DNA of 32,000 nucleotides. Source: Pyrobaculum aerophilum str. IM2 (GTDB lineage: Archaea > Thermoproteota > Thermoprotei > Thermoproteales > Thermoproteaceae). The first letter of the stretch is position 1. Each line of letters starts with the position of its first letter. The position numbers and the translations under genes are program-made. The stretch lies in the NCBI RefSeq assembly GCF_000007225.1, contig NC_003364.1:1950001-1982000 (forward strand), written 5' to 3'. Shown here piece after piece: positions 17,779 through 26,284 of the stretch. The notes under the pieces were generated by a model. That model searched no databases. It was given only the letters and a program-made list of their open reading frames with translations, and was not told the origin of the DNA.

Positions 17779-19124
17779 GGCCACTTACCGCTATCTATAG
17801 AATATATCTCTGCGTCAGGTATTAGGACGCCCCGGGCGTCCACAATGACGGGATGTTTCATTAATTTCAAGAGCTTGCTCGCCTCTATTTTGTAGACAGA
17901 GTGATCCGTCGAAACTATTAGGATCTCCGCGTCTTTAACCGCAGATTCTAAGTCTTGCGTCAGCGTCACCCCCCACTTGGCTAATAATTGATCTCTCTTA
18001 ACGTAAGGATCGTGTACAACGATCTGCGTCGGCTTTATTCCAGCTTTTAACAAAGTCGTAATAATATAATATGTAGGGCTTTCCCGCACGTCGTCAACAT
18101 CTCCTCTAAACGCCAATCCTAAAATTGTTATCTTGGCCGTGGCTGGGTTAATCCCGTGTTTTAACATGGCGCGTAGAGCCGAGAAAGCGATTTCCTCAGG
18201 CTGTCTCTCGTTTATAAGCCTGGCTAAACGCGTCAGCGGCAGCTCTATCCCGTATTTAGCCGCCGTCCACATGAGGAAGTATGGATATACTGGTATACAG
18301 TTTCCCCCGACTCCCGAGCCCGGCTTGTGTACATGGCTATACGGCTGGCTGTTGGCAGCCTCTCTCGCCCTTTTAAAAGAAATTCCCAGCGCATTGGCCA
18401 GTCTAGCCATCTCGTTGGCAAGGGCTATGTTTACATCTCTGTATACTCCCTCTAGTAGTTTTTCAAACTCCGCCTCTCTAGGGCTTTCTAATATTATCAC
18501 GCCCTTTCGCGCTATATGTTTATACAACCCGGCGGCTATCTCGGCGCTTTTAGGCCCTACGCCGGCTATTATCTTGGGGTAGTTCTCCACGATGTCTTTC
18601 AACGCGTGACCTACCATAATGCGCTCGGGGCTGTACGCCAGATAGAAGTCCTCCTCGGCCACTAAGCCGGAAGCCCCCTCGAGTATTGGCTTTACAACCT
18701 CCTCTGTGGTGCCCGGCGGCACGCTGGACTCTATTATCACTAAGTCGCCCTTTTTCAGCCCGGCTCCTATAGACTTAACGGCAGAGGCCAAAGCAGAAAA
18801 ATCCACATCTATTGCCGTGGCGGACTTCTTTAAGTAGACGGGAACTGCCACAATTTTAACATGGCTTCTAATTGACGCCACTACGCCGTCAGTCGTTGCC
18901 GTGAATTTCCCGTTTTTGACGGCGGCTGTTAACACCTCTACGACGTCTTTCTCTAAGTATTCCACAGTGCCGCTGTTTAATTTATCGACTTTGGCCTGGT
19001 CTATGTCAACGCCAATCACTTTGGCGCCGGCGAGGGCCCAGGCGGCAGAGAGAGCCATTCCAACGTAGCCCAGCCCGTATACTGCAACTGTGAGCTCGCC
19101 TTTTTTAAGGAGATCCGCAAGCAT
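17775..19124 (-). CDS. Nucleotide-sugar dehydrogenase (UDP-glucose/GDP-mannose dehydrogenase family; WecC/UDP-ManNAc dehydrogenase-like)
   Basis: The N-terminal Rossmann motif is VAVYGLGYVGMALS. The catalytic-Cys region GGNCIPVYPYF resembles GGHCIPVDP of the UDP-ManNAc dehydrogenases. The length is 449 aa. Confidence 0.85.
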   Translation of the reverse strand: MLADLLKKGELTVAVYGLGYVGMALSAAWALAGAKVIGVDIDQAKVDKLNSGTVEYLEKDVVEVLTAAVKNGKFTATTDGVVASIRSHVKIVAVPVYLKKSATAIDVDFSALASAVKSIGAGLKKGDLVIIESSVPPGTTEEVVKPILEGASGLVAEEDFYLAYSPERIMVGHALKDIVENYPKIIAGVGPKSAEIAAGLYKHIARKGVIILESPREAEFEKLLEGVYRDVNIALANEMARLANALGISFKRAREAANSQPYSHVHKPGSGVGGNCIPVYPYFLMWTAAKYGIELPLTRLARLINERQPEEIAFSALRAMLKHGINPATAKITILGLAFRGDVDDVRESPTYYIITTLLKAGIKPTQIVVHDPYVKRDQLLAKWGVTLTQDLESAVKDAEILIVSTDHSVYKIEASKLLKLMKHPVIVDARGVLIPDAEIYSIDSGKWP

Positions 19125-19142
19125 CAGCGGAGAGGGACAACG

Positions 19143-19155
19143 TTTTTAAAAAATA
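19143..19155. promoter_or_regulatory. Shared TATA element for the divergent genes at 19124(-) and 19167/19170(+)
   Basis: The element tttttaaaaaata is centred about 25 nt from ATG 19124 (minus) and about 18-21 nt from TTG 19167 / GTG 19170 (plus). Confidence 0.45.
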
Positions 19156-19166
19156 GCTCTCGCCAC

Positions 19167-19877
19167 TTGGTGGAAATCTACGTAATTGGCTACGGAGGCT
19201 GGATATCTAACCCCCTGTTGGGATATCCGTCTCTCTATATTAAAACTGATATAAATGTTCTTATTGATGCAGGTGAATGTACTTTTGCTAAAATGGCCAC
19301 GTGTCACCTGCCGTGGCCAGACGTAGTATTCATAAGCCACAAGCACGGCGACCATATACTAGGGTTGCCGACTTTTATGCTAATGGCAAGGAGGCTCGGA
19401 AAGAGGATAAAAATAGTAGCGAATAAGGAGACGCTTGAAGCGGCAAGGGCCTTGGCCTTAATAACCGGAATTGAGAACGCATTACAACACGTCGAGTTTA
19501 TTGAGGCTGAAAACGCGTTAAGAATAGGAGAGACTAGTTTTGCCTTTGCCGCAACGGCACATCCCGTGCCCACTCTCGCGATACGGGTTGAACACGGGGG
19601 GAAGTGCGTTACATATAGCTCGGATACAAGCCCCTCGGATAAATTAATCGAATTGGCGCGCGGTTGCGACTTGTTAATCCATGAGGCGTCGGGAAATCCG
19701 GGGCAAGAGGAGGAGGCCCATAAAGTAGGTCACAGCACAACGGCTGACGCAGTTAATATAGCTCTGAAAGCGGGGGTGAAAATGTTAATGCCTATCCACT
19801 TCTACTTAGAGCCTCCGGTAGTGCCGCAGGGCGTTACTATAGTCATCCCAACGCCCTGCGGCAAGATAGTAGTATGA
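19167..19877 (+). CDS. Metallo-beta-lactamase-fold hydrolase (RNase Z/PhnP-like, short form)
   Basis: The HxHxDH motif is present (ISHKHGDHILGL), along with later His/Asp ligands (HEAS, GHST, PIHF). The start could be TTG 19167 or GTG 19170. Confidence 0.75.
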   Translation: MVEIYVIGYGGWISNPLLGYPSLYIKTDINVLIDAGECTFAKMATCHLPWPDVVFISHKHGDHILGLPTFMLMARRLGKRIKIVANKETLEAARALALITGIENALQHVEFIEAENALRIGETSFAFAATAHPVPTLAIRVEHGGKCVTYSSDTSPSDKLIELARGCDLLIHEASGNPGQEEEAHKVGHSTTADAVNIALKAGVKMLMPIHFYLEPPVVPQGVTIVIPTPCGKIVV

Positions 19878-20380
19878 GTTGTTTTAAACTTACGCGAAGA
19901 CGCGACCTTTTCGCGTTCCCATATCCCGTGGCCATCTGGAGAGATCCGCCGCGGTCTGTGGAGGTGGTCAAAGACATAGCGGAAAGTTACGGAGCCGAGC
20001 GCATATACACTGTCGGCGATGTTGTTACGCAGAATTTTTTCAAACATGGCCTAATTCCCACTTCGGCCGCAGTGGATGAAAAGACCAGAAGAGGTGTGAG
20101 AATAGAACAATTAGCCGTCTTTAAAAGAGTAATTAAGGTGAACAACCCCCCTGGGTACATAACGGAAGAGGCTTGGTCAGCGGTGGAGGAGGCTGTCAGG
20201 GGGGGAGTGATTATCAAAGTAGAGGGAGAAGAGGACATGCTCTCGCTTGCGTTTATCAAACTGGCGCCTCCTAAATCCATAGTGGCCTACGGCCACTACC
20301 TCGGGGCGCTCATCGCGTTGCCCGTTGATTGGTATAAAGAGTACGTATTAAAGCTCTTTGACTACTTGGAAAAATGTTAA
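19874..20380 (+). CDS. DUF359 family protein, archaeal GTP-dependent dephospho-CoA kinase
   Basis: The 168-aa protein carries the family motifs VGDVVT, DEKTRR, NPPGYIT and VEGEEDMLSLA. Its ATG overlaps the upstream stop codon (ATGA). Confidence 0.75.
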   Translation: MSCFKLTRRRDLFAFPYPVAIWRDPPRSVEVVKDIAESYGAERIYTVGDVVTQNFFKHGLIPTSAAVDEKTRRGVRIEQLAVFKRVIKVNNPPGYITEEAWSAVEEAVRGGVIIKVEGEEDMLSLAFIKLAPPKSIVAYGHYLGALIALPVDWYKEYVLKLFDYLEKC

Positions 20381-20403
20381 TAATACGGGGTTAAAGGTCT
20401 TTC

Positions 20404-21039
20404 ATGAAACCTGTAACTCTTCTGGCAGTAGCAGTAACTGTATTTGTCGTAATAGCCGCCATCACTGTATATAGCAGACTGGCCCAATTTACCCCGCCTC
20501 AACAAATTGATGTAAGCGGACTGCCCCTGCCCAAGTGGGCGATATCCTTCGGCAAGACTGATGCGCCAATTACAATAATAGAACTTTATGATCTGCACTG
20601 CCCCTTCTGCGCCATAGCTCATGAGCGCCTCGATCCGTTATACAGAGAGCTGTTAAACAGCGGCAAGCTGAGACTCGTGTTTTTAGACCTCATAGTACAT
20701 CCCGATGCGTTACAAGCCCACCAGTACTTGCACTGCGCGTATAGACAGTTAGGGAATAAAACGTATGATCTCATAACGCAACTCTACCGCCTCCTCGCAG
20801 AGGACGAGGTAAACGGCCCTGGAAAACAGCTTGAACTGTTGCAACAGTATAAGTGCGGTGACATGCCGAGCAAGTCTGATTTTGACAACGCCGTCAATGC
20901 TTTGTTAAAAGCGCTGGCCCAAAAAGGAGTTTCGATTAGTCAATTAGGGACGCCTACGTTTATAATTATAAAAAACGGCACTGTTAACGTAGTAGTAGGC
21001 GCCGATGTGGCGCGAGTGATCTCTCTTATTAGTCAGTAG
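20404..21039 (+). CDS. Membrane-anchored DsbA-like thiol:disulfide oxidoreductase (thioredoxin fold)
   Basis: The N-terminal TM anchor is LLAVAVTVFVVIAAITVY. The CPFC active site sits in the context ELYDLHCPFCA. The C-terminal GTPTFII is typical of the DsbA cis-Pro region. Confidence 0.75.
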   Translation: MKPVTLLAVAVTVFVVIAAITVYSRLAQFTPPQQIDVSGLPLPKWAISFGKTDAPITIIELYDLHCPFCAIAHERLDPLYRELLNSGKLRLVFLDLIVHPDALQAHQYLHCAYRQLGNKTYDLITQLYRLLAEDEVNGPGKQLELLQQYKCGDMPSKSDFDNAVNALLKALAQKGVSISQLGTPTFIIIKNGTVNVVVGADVARVISLISQ

Positions 21040-21184
21040 CTGGGGGAATTAACCTCTCTCTTTCCTTTAACAAGGCTATTGTTCTTGCCTGTTCTAACAC
21101 TCTAGCCACCTCTATATACCCGTGTTCGTAGAATTGGTCTATTAATCTGGTTAATTCCTCGACTAGAGACGAGTTTGGTTGCAT
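21029..21184 (-). CDS. Candidate small protein (51 aa), not in the ORF track
   Basis: My hand translation is MQPNSSLVEELTRLIDQFYEHGYIEVARVLEQARTIALLKERERLIPPATD, which is predicted helical. ATG 21184 lies about 24 nt downstream of the minus-strand TATA catttaaatatatg (21201-21214). The ORF overlaps the DsbA-like gene's 3' end by 11 nt. Confidence 0.35.
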   Translation of the reverse strand: MQPNSSLVEELTRLIDQFYEHGYIEVARVLEQARTIALLKERERLIPPATD

Positions 21185-21254
21185 GGTCTGGCTAATTCCA
21201 CATATATTTAAATGTTTCGCCTATTAGCTATATAATTTTCGTTGGTTGCAGAAA

Positions 21255-21303
21255 TCAGACAGCTGCCGCGGCTTCACAGCTCGTTTTTGGTCGGGCTCAT
21301 CAC
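21255..21303 (-). ncRNA. Candidate C/D-box sRNA (2'-O-methylation guide)
   Basis: The minus strand reads GTGATGA(C)-gcccgaccaaaa(12)-ACGA(D')-gct-GTGAAGC(C')-cgcggcagctgt(12)-CTGA(D). The C and D boxes are perfect. The 12/12 guide spacing gives a 38-nt C-to-D interval. C' and D' are degenerate but keep RUGA and xxGA. The TATA-like cttaaatc is centred about 26 nt upstream of the C box. The location is intergenic. Confidence 0.5.
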
Positions 21304-21331
21304 TATTTATAGAGAAACCCAGTGGATTTAA

Positions 21332-22330
21332 GTGAAGTATGAGATAGATAAAAAGCGGCTGGTTATCAGAGTCGTACCCGAGAGGGAAGAGGATTTGTAC
21401 TTTATATACTTACTTATAGACAAAGGCGACATTATAAGGGGGTGGACAGTTAGGGAGTACAAGCCCGATGGGGTAAAAGAGGGGGAGCGGATTAAAATGT
21501 ACTTGGCCATTAAAGCCGAGGCTCTTGAGTACCACAAGTTTCGAGGTAGTCTAAGAGTAAGAGGTCCTGTTATTGAGGTTCAAGAAGGCGTAGAGGGCGT
21601 AAAGGGGCGGAGACATACATTCGACATATCTATTGGAAGGGAAATAGAAATAGAAAAAAACGAGGACAAGCCGCTAGAGGTCGTTGACGAAATACTCAAC
21701 ATGGCGAAAAACGTCATGCCGAGAATATTGTTAATATCTATTGACGACGAGGAGGCCGCCTTTGCTTATATTACTTCAATAGGAGTTAATGTATTGCATG
21801 TAGTGAGGAATGATGCTGAGCGGTCAAGAGGAGATAGCTTGTTACATGACTATTTAGTCACTATTGGGAAAATCGCCGAAGATTTAAAGCGACGTTTAAA
21901 CCCAGATAAAGTAGTGGTAACGGGTCCCCATATAGTTGTTGAACAAATAGGCAACTATGTAAGGGGGGATCGCGTCGCCCAAAGCGTTGGGGGATTGGCG
22001 GGGATTTATGAATTCATGAGGGCGGGACTTTACGATGGGCTTAAAACAGAAATGGGGATAAAGGCGTATGAACGCCTAATGCAACTATTAGCCACAGAGA
22101 GGAACTTAGTGGCTATTGGACTGGAAGAGGTTGAGATGGCAGTAGCCGCAGGACGCGTTGAAATTTTACTCATTGTCGATTCTTACATTAAGGAGGATCC
22201 TCATAGGGCGTGGGACTTAATATACAAAGTATATGCCACGCGTGGCAAAATTTATATCATAAGAGAGGACTTGGAAATAGGCACAAGCCTCAAGGCTATG
22301 GGGGGCGTTGCCTCAATCTTAAGGTGGTGA
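21332..22330 (+). CDS. pelA: Pelota (Dom34 homologue), mRNA surveillance and ribosome rescue factor
   Basis: The 332-aa protein has the N-terminus VKYEIDKKRLVIRVVPEREEDLYFIYLLIDKGDIIRGWTVRE, typical of archaeal Pelota, and an eRF1-like C-terminal domain. GTG 21332 is 24 nt from the TATA ctatttatagag. Confidence 0.9.
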   Translation: MKYEIDKKRLVIRVVPEREEDLYFIYLLIDKGDIIRGWTVREYKPDGVKEGERIKMYLAIKAEALEYHKFRGSLRVRGPVIEVQEGVEGVKGRRHTFDISIGREIEIEKNEDKPLEVVDEILNMAKNVMPRILLISIDDEEAAFAYITSIGVNVLHVVRNDAERSRGDSLLHDYLVTIGKIAEDLKRRLNPDKVVVTGPHIVVEQIGNYVRGDRVAQSVGGLAGIYEFMRAGLYDGLKTEMGIKAYERLMQLLATERNLVAIGLEEVEMAVAAGRVEILLIVDSYIKEDPHRAWDLIYKVYATRGKIYIIREDLEIGTSLKAMGGVASILRW

Positions 22331-22364
22331 AAAAGAGGGGAGAAAAAAGGAGGTTTTATGTCGC

Positions 22365-22538
22365 TTATTTCTTCTTGCCTAATAGTCTGTATACTTTTAT
22401 GCCGGTGTACGGCGATTTGGCCACGGCGAACATCATCGGACCGCGGGCAGTCTGCTTCTCAATAACCTCGTACTGGTCAGTCTCAAACGCCTGCTTCGCC
22501 TTTATGTCGTAGAACTTTAGTTTCTGCTTCTTGGACAT
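22365..22538 (-). CDS. Small basic Lys-rich protein (57 aa), candidate chromatin or nucleic-acid-binding protein (possibly CC1-like; unverified)
   Basis: The sequence is MSKKQKLKFYDIKAKQAFETDQYEVIEKQTARGPMMFAVAKSPYTGIKVYRLLGKKK, with 12 Lys and 2 Arg against 6 Asp/Glu. ATG 22538 is about 25 nt from the strong minus-strand TATA ctttatatat. The track start (GTG 22553) abuts the TATA and is unlikely. Confidence 0.65.
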   Translation of the reverse strand: MSKKQKLKFYDIKAKQAFETDQYEVIEKQTARGPMMFAVAKSPYTGIKVYRLLGKKK

Positions 22539-22553
22539 AGGTGTAGGATACAC

Positions 22554-22783
22554 CCCGATATATAAAGTTTTTGTTTAATTTAAATACTGTATATAATTAA
22601 AGAAATAATTTGATAAAATATATATTTGAGTTGTGCTTATTCTACTTTTTATTATTTATATAATTTCTCTCTTCTGTATATTCTGTGCTCTTCTCTAGTT
22701 CTTTCTAGTTCTAGCCTTTGGAGATGTAAAGATAAAAATTCTGCGTCCCTAAGGCATTTATTATGTCAATAACTGGCTAATAT
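22554..22783. promoter_or_regulatory. Unusually A/T-rich 230-bp divergent intergenic region with multiple TATA-like elements and a polypyrimidine repeat tract
   Basis: There are at least six TATA-like motifs. A roughly 50-nt tract that is about 90% pyrimidine on the plus strand lies at about 22665-22713, with reiterated TTCT(G/A)(T/G) units (ttctgtatattctgtgctcttctctagttctttctagttctag). Confidence 0.4.
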
Positions 22784-23272
22784 GTGGCGCTGAGAAAAGT
22801 AGTTGCTCTGCTGGGCGTAGGCGGGGTCGGGAAGACAACTTTTGCCTACAGAGTTCTAGGCGTTTCCGACGCTCCCGTATTGACATTGAAACCGAGTTAC
22901 TACAGAATTTACATTGGTAGTCTTGAGATCGATCTCGTAGACGTGCCTGGCCAGCGGGTATTTGAAGTGGCTATGAAATTCGCCTCATTTAAAATACCGA
23001 TAATCGACAGGTTGATATATATGTACGACCTTACGAATTACGAGACGTTACATGCCATTTCCGAATTACATTCAATTTTCATGGAAAAAGGTTCGCAAGT
23101 CGCTAGAGAGACAGTAGTTGTGGGGAATAAGAGAGACGTGGCGGATGAGATAGGGGTTTATGTGGAGGCGGAGGAAATAGCTTCGGCAATTGGCGCCGCC
23201 GAGGTTTATTATATATCGGCAATTAGAGATCCGCCTGAGGTATTTGTAAAAATCCTATTGGGTAAGCCCTAA
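22784..23272 (+). CDS. Small GTP-binding protein (Ras/Arf-like archaeal small GTPase)
   Basis: The motifs are G1 [10 protein letters not shown]3 DVPGQ, G4 GNKRD (NKxD) and a G5-like ISAI. GTG 22784 is 24 nt from the TATA catttattatg. Confidence 0.8.
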   Translation: MALRKVVALLGVGGVGKTTFAYRVLGVSDAPVLTLKPSYYRIYIGSLEIDLVDVPGQRVFEVAMKFASFKIPIIDRLIYMYDLTNYETLHAISELHSIFMEKGSQVARETVVVGNKRDVADEIGVYVEAEEIASAIGAAEVYYISAIRDPPEVFVKILLGKP

Positions 23273-23776
23273 CTGTATAAGAAGTTGGCGGAAGACTAAT
23301 CCCCAATTCTCCCTCGTTAGCCATATTATTTCAAGTCCTAATTTCTTGGCGATGTCTATATAGTTCCTATGTACTGTCGCGATGACTCTCGGCGACGTGT
23401 GTAGCGCAGTCTGTAAATCTTCGCCGAAGTTTTTACATTTAAACTCCATGGCGCCTATTTCGTCAATAATTTTCAAGTCGCACTCCCGTCTTAACGCCTC
23501 GCTTATTACGTTACAAGCTTCAAGATTTACAACGTACTTGCCCACAGATGGCTCCCCCCTACCCACTCTGGCCAGCGCCATGCGGCGCCCGTTGGCTAAG
23601 TCCACAACGTCAAAACCAATACGCGTGCCGCCCTCACGCACTTCTACAGTGACAAAACCACATACTTTAACTCTTGATCTGGCGAGCTCAGCTATTTTTA
23701 AGACAAGGGTTGTTTTGCCTACGCCTGGCATTCCAGAAATACCAATTCTTAGCTCAGCCCTTTCACGCCACGTCAT
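23255..23776 (-). CDS. Nucleoside-triphosphatase THEP1 family (PF03266-like)
   Basis: The P-loop is [11 protein letters not shown] and the Walker B-like motif is [10 protein letters not shown]. The 173-aa length is typical of THEP1. Confidence 0.8.
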   Translation of the reverse strand: MTWRERAELRIGISGMPGVGKTTLVLKIAELARSRVKVCGFVTVEVREGGTRIGFDVVDLANGRRMALARVGRGEPSVGKYVVNLEACNVISEALRRECDLKIIDEIGAMEFKCKNFGEDLQTALHTSPRVIATVHRNYIDIAKKLGLEIIWLTRENWGLVFRQLLIQLGLTQ

Positions 23777-23803
23777 TTACTCGGCTTAGTCTAGCCTCAT
23801 CAT
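23754..23803 (-). ncRNA. Candidate C/D-box sRNA overlapping the THEP1 start codon
   Basis: The minus strand reads ATGATGA(C)-ggctagactaag(12)-CCGA(D')-gtaa-ATGACGT(C')-ggcgtgaaaggg(12)-CTGA(D). A good TATA, ttttatatcc, is centred about 25 nt upstream of the C box. The D' guide is complementary over 10-11 nt to TAGTCTAGCC(T) in the D-arm of the tRNA-Gly at 10166-10241. Confidence 0.45.
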
Positions 23804-23818
23804 GTAAATAACTCAGCG

Positions 23819-24610
23819 CTAGGATATAAAACTTCTCGCCACTGTTAGACCTCCTTCCAGCGCCTTTTTTATAAGCTGTTCTACTAATCTCTCAAAAGGC
23901 GAGAATGCCTCTCCAATTAAACTTCGCATTTTTGAAAGAACAGCCCTGGTCTCCGACGCCACTTCTGAAATTGAACGCCGTTCGGCCCCCTCGTCACTTA
24001 TATCATCTGAGTATTGATATAAAACGCCCAGAGATCTGCCCAGTTTTTTCGCAAGCTCTAGGATCTCCCGCCTTCGCAGTATAATGGCTGGCAGTACTAA
24101 TGTAGCTTCTATTAAAGGCGCAGTCTTTAACTCCGCGGCCCTCTCCCGTTCTCCGTCTAAGTCAAGTGCTTGCCCTCTTGAGAGCCTCTGTGCCACGTCA
24201 GCTAAATATTCAACTACCTCTGGCCCCAGCTTAACTGCACGTCTTATGGACTCTGCAATAAGCCAATCGCTTGCTAATATGGTTCTGTCATCGCCGTATA
24301 AAACACGCGGCGTTTTAATTCCCCTCCTCTCTTCATGTTTATCCATTACGTCATCTTGAAGTAGGGATACTACATGAAGCAGTTCTATAATAGTCGCTGC
24401 TTGTATAAGCCGTGGGTCCATTAAGGCTCTTCTGTCAAGAGTATATGAAAAGGTGAGGAGTAGAATAGGCCTGAGCAATTTGCCAGGCGTCTCTATATAA
24501 TAGCGCACCGCCTTACGTAACGACTCAGGCTCTAGATCTTCACCTACTTTTTGGAGGTTAACTACCACATGCTGTAGCGCGACCAAAACGTCCCGTGGAA
24601 GCAGAGACAC
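23819..24610 (-). CDS. Trans-isoprenyl (polyprenyl/geranylgeranyl) diphosphate synthase
   Basis: The first Asp-rich motif is LLQDDVMDKHEERRG and the second is YQYSDDISD. The protein is 263 aa. The GTG start at 24610 is about 24 nt from the minus-strand TATA gataaaaatatt. Confidence 0.85.
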   Translation of the reverse strand: MSLLPRDVLVALQHVVVNLQKVGEDLEPESLRKAVRYYIETPGKLLRPILLLTFSYTLDRRALMDPRLIQAATIIELLHVVSLLQDDVMDKHEERRGIKTPRVLYGDDRTILASDWLIAESIRRAVKLGPEVVEYLADVAQRLSRGQALDLDGERERAAELKTAPLIEATLVLPAIILRRREILELAKKLGRSLGVLYQYSDDISDEGAERRSISEVASETRAVLSKMRSLIGEAFSPFERLVEQLIKKALEGGLTVARSFIS

Positions 24611-24651
24611 GGTAGTTAAAAAAGTACAATATTTTTATCTTTGTTAAAAAC

Positions 24652-24840
24652 CTATTTCGCCCTGTAACGTCCCTCTGCTGTTTTTTCCACCTTTCCCTCT
24701 CTAACTAGGCGTGTTAATTGCGCCTTCACAATTGCCACTTTCTCTACCCCTATCGCCTTTGCAATTTCCTCCGCGGTTAGCTCTTTACCTTTATTCTGGG
24801 ATAGATATTCATATATCTTATTCTTTACCCCAGATGGCAT
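24652..24840 (-). CDS. Small winged-helix DNA-binding protein (62 aa)
   Basis: IYEYLSQNKGKELTAEEIAKAIGVEKVAIVKAQLTRLVREGKVEK has the pattern of a wHTH (helix-turn-helix followed by a wing). The minus-strand TATA tttttaaatac lies about 25-30 nt upstream. Confidence 0.6.
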   Translation of the reverse strand: MPSGVKNKIYEYLSQNKGKELTAEEIAKAIGVEKVAIVKAQLTRLVREGKVEKTAEGRYRAK

Positions 24841-24923
24841 GTAAGTAAATAAAAGTCCAAGTATTTAAAAATTAAATTGCTGGACAGCGGTAAGCTTATT
24901 ATACTCGGGGAAATCACAAGGCT

Positions 24924-25376
24924 ATGGTACGACTGGCAATAGTAGTGGCGGAATTCAACTACGATATAACACAGCTAATGTTACAAAAGGCGGTTGAACA
25001 TGCAAAATTCCTCGGCGCCGAGATTACTTACATTGTGAAAACGCCTGGCGTTTACGACATACCCATGATATTAAAGGAGTTAGTCGCGAAGGAAGAGGTA
25101 GACGCAGTGGCCACACTCGGAGCCGTCATCCAAGGCGCTACTAAACACGACGAATTAGTGGCCACGCAAGCGGCGAGAAAAATACTAGATATCGCAGTTG
25201 AGTCGGGAAAACCTATAACTCTAGGCATCATAGGCCACGGGGCCAACAGGATTCAGGCGCTAGAAAGAGTAGAGGAGTACGCAAGGCGTGCGGTAGAGGC
25301 CGCTGTAAAAATGGCGAGGAGAAAGAAGGCCTTGCGGGAGGCGAAATACAACGGCTCAACTGTGTATATAGACTAA
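24924..25376 (+). CDS. ribH: 6,7-dimethyl-8-ribityllumazine synthase
   Basis: The 150-aa protein has the N-terminus [14 protein letters not shown] and the motif [12 protein letters not shown], typical of archaeal RibH. Confidence 0.9.
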   Translation: MVRLAIVVAEFNYDITQLMLQKAVEHAKFLGAEITYIVKTPGVYDIPMILKELVAKEEVDAVATLGAVIQGATKHDELVATQAARKILDIAVESGKPITLGIIGHGANRIQALERVEEYARRAVEAAVKMARRKKALREAKYNGSTVYID

Positions 25377-26284
25377 TACACAGGAGTGATCCAATTTAAG
25401 TATTTCTCTACTTTGCCTCTCACGACGTTTGAGTACAGCTCAGCTATTTTTGTCGTAATGGGGCCCGGCTTGCCTGTGCCGATTGTTCTGCCGTCAACCT
25501 CCACCACTGGCGTTATCTCTGCGGCGGTTCCTACTAAAAACACCTCGTCGGCTGTATACACCTCCTCCCTCGTAATAGGCTTTTCCTCCACCCGAAGTCC
25601 CACATCCCCGCTGAGCTTTATTACCGTATCCCTCGTAATTCCCTCGAGGATAGATTCGTGTACTGGCGGCGTGAAAAGCCTTCCACCTCTGACAATGAAA
25701 ATATTCTCTCCAGAACCCTCAACAACATAACCGTTAACGTCCATTAATAAAGCCTCGTCAAATCCCCTGCTTCTAGCCTCTACAAGCGCAAGTACAGAGT
25801 TTACATATATACCGCCGATTTTTGCCATCACAGGGAGCATTGTATTATGTACTCTACGCCAGCTCACAATCGTTGCCTTAATGCCGTTGGGCGAGAGGTA
25901 TTTGCCAAATGGGAATACAATAACCGCGAGGGAGACTTCCAAATTTCTTATGTCAAGCGTCACCGTCTGCGAGGCGACAAACGCCACAGGTCTTATGTAG
26001 ACATCCTCTCGGAAGTTATTAGCCTTTATGGTCTCTAGTACAGCTTGGCGGACTTCCTCTCTTGTATACGGAATATTTATGCCTAGTATCTTAGCCGATC
26101 TGTACATGCGGTCGATGTGTTCTTCTAACCTAAAGACGAGCAAATTATCGCCGTTCCAATACCCTCTTATTCCCTCGAATATAGAGGTTCCGTAGTGAAG
26201 CGCGTGAGTCAACACGTGTATTTTCGCGTCTTCCCACTTAAGTATTCTGCCGTCAAGCCAGATATATTTAGCGTACGGCTTCAT
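25373..26284 (-). CDS. ilvE: Branched-chain amino-acid aminotransferase (class IV)
   Basis: The 303-aa protein carries the class IV aminotransferase motifs [16 protein letters not shown] and EGSGENIF. It lies downstream of ilvC in the same operon. Confidence 0.9.
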   Translation of the reverse strand: MKPYAKYIWLDGRILKWEDAKIHVLTHALHYGTSIFEGIRGYWNGDNLLVFRLEEHIDRMYRSAKILGINIPYTREEVRQAVLETIKANNFREDVYIRPVAFVASQTVTLDIRNLEVSLAVIVFPFGKYLSPNGIKATIVSWRRVHNTMLPVMAKIGGIYVNSVLALVEARSRGFDEALLMDVNGYVVEGSGENIFIVRGGRLFTPPVHESILEGITRDTVIKLSGDVGLRVEEKPITREEVYTADEVFLVGTAAEITPVVEVDGRTIGTGKPGPITTKIAELYSNVVRGKVEKYLNWITPVY

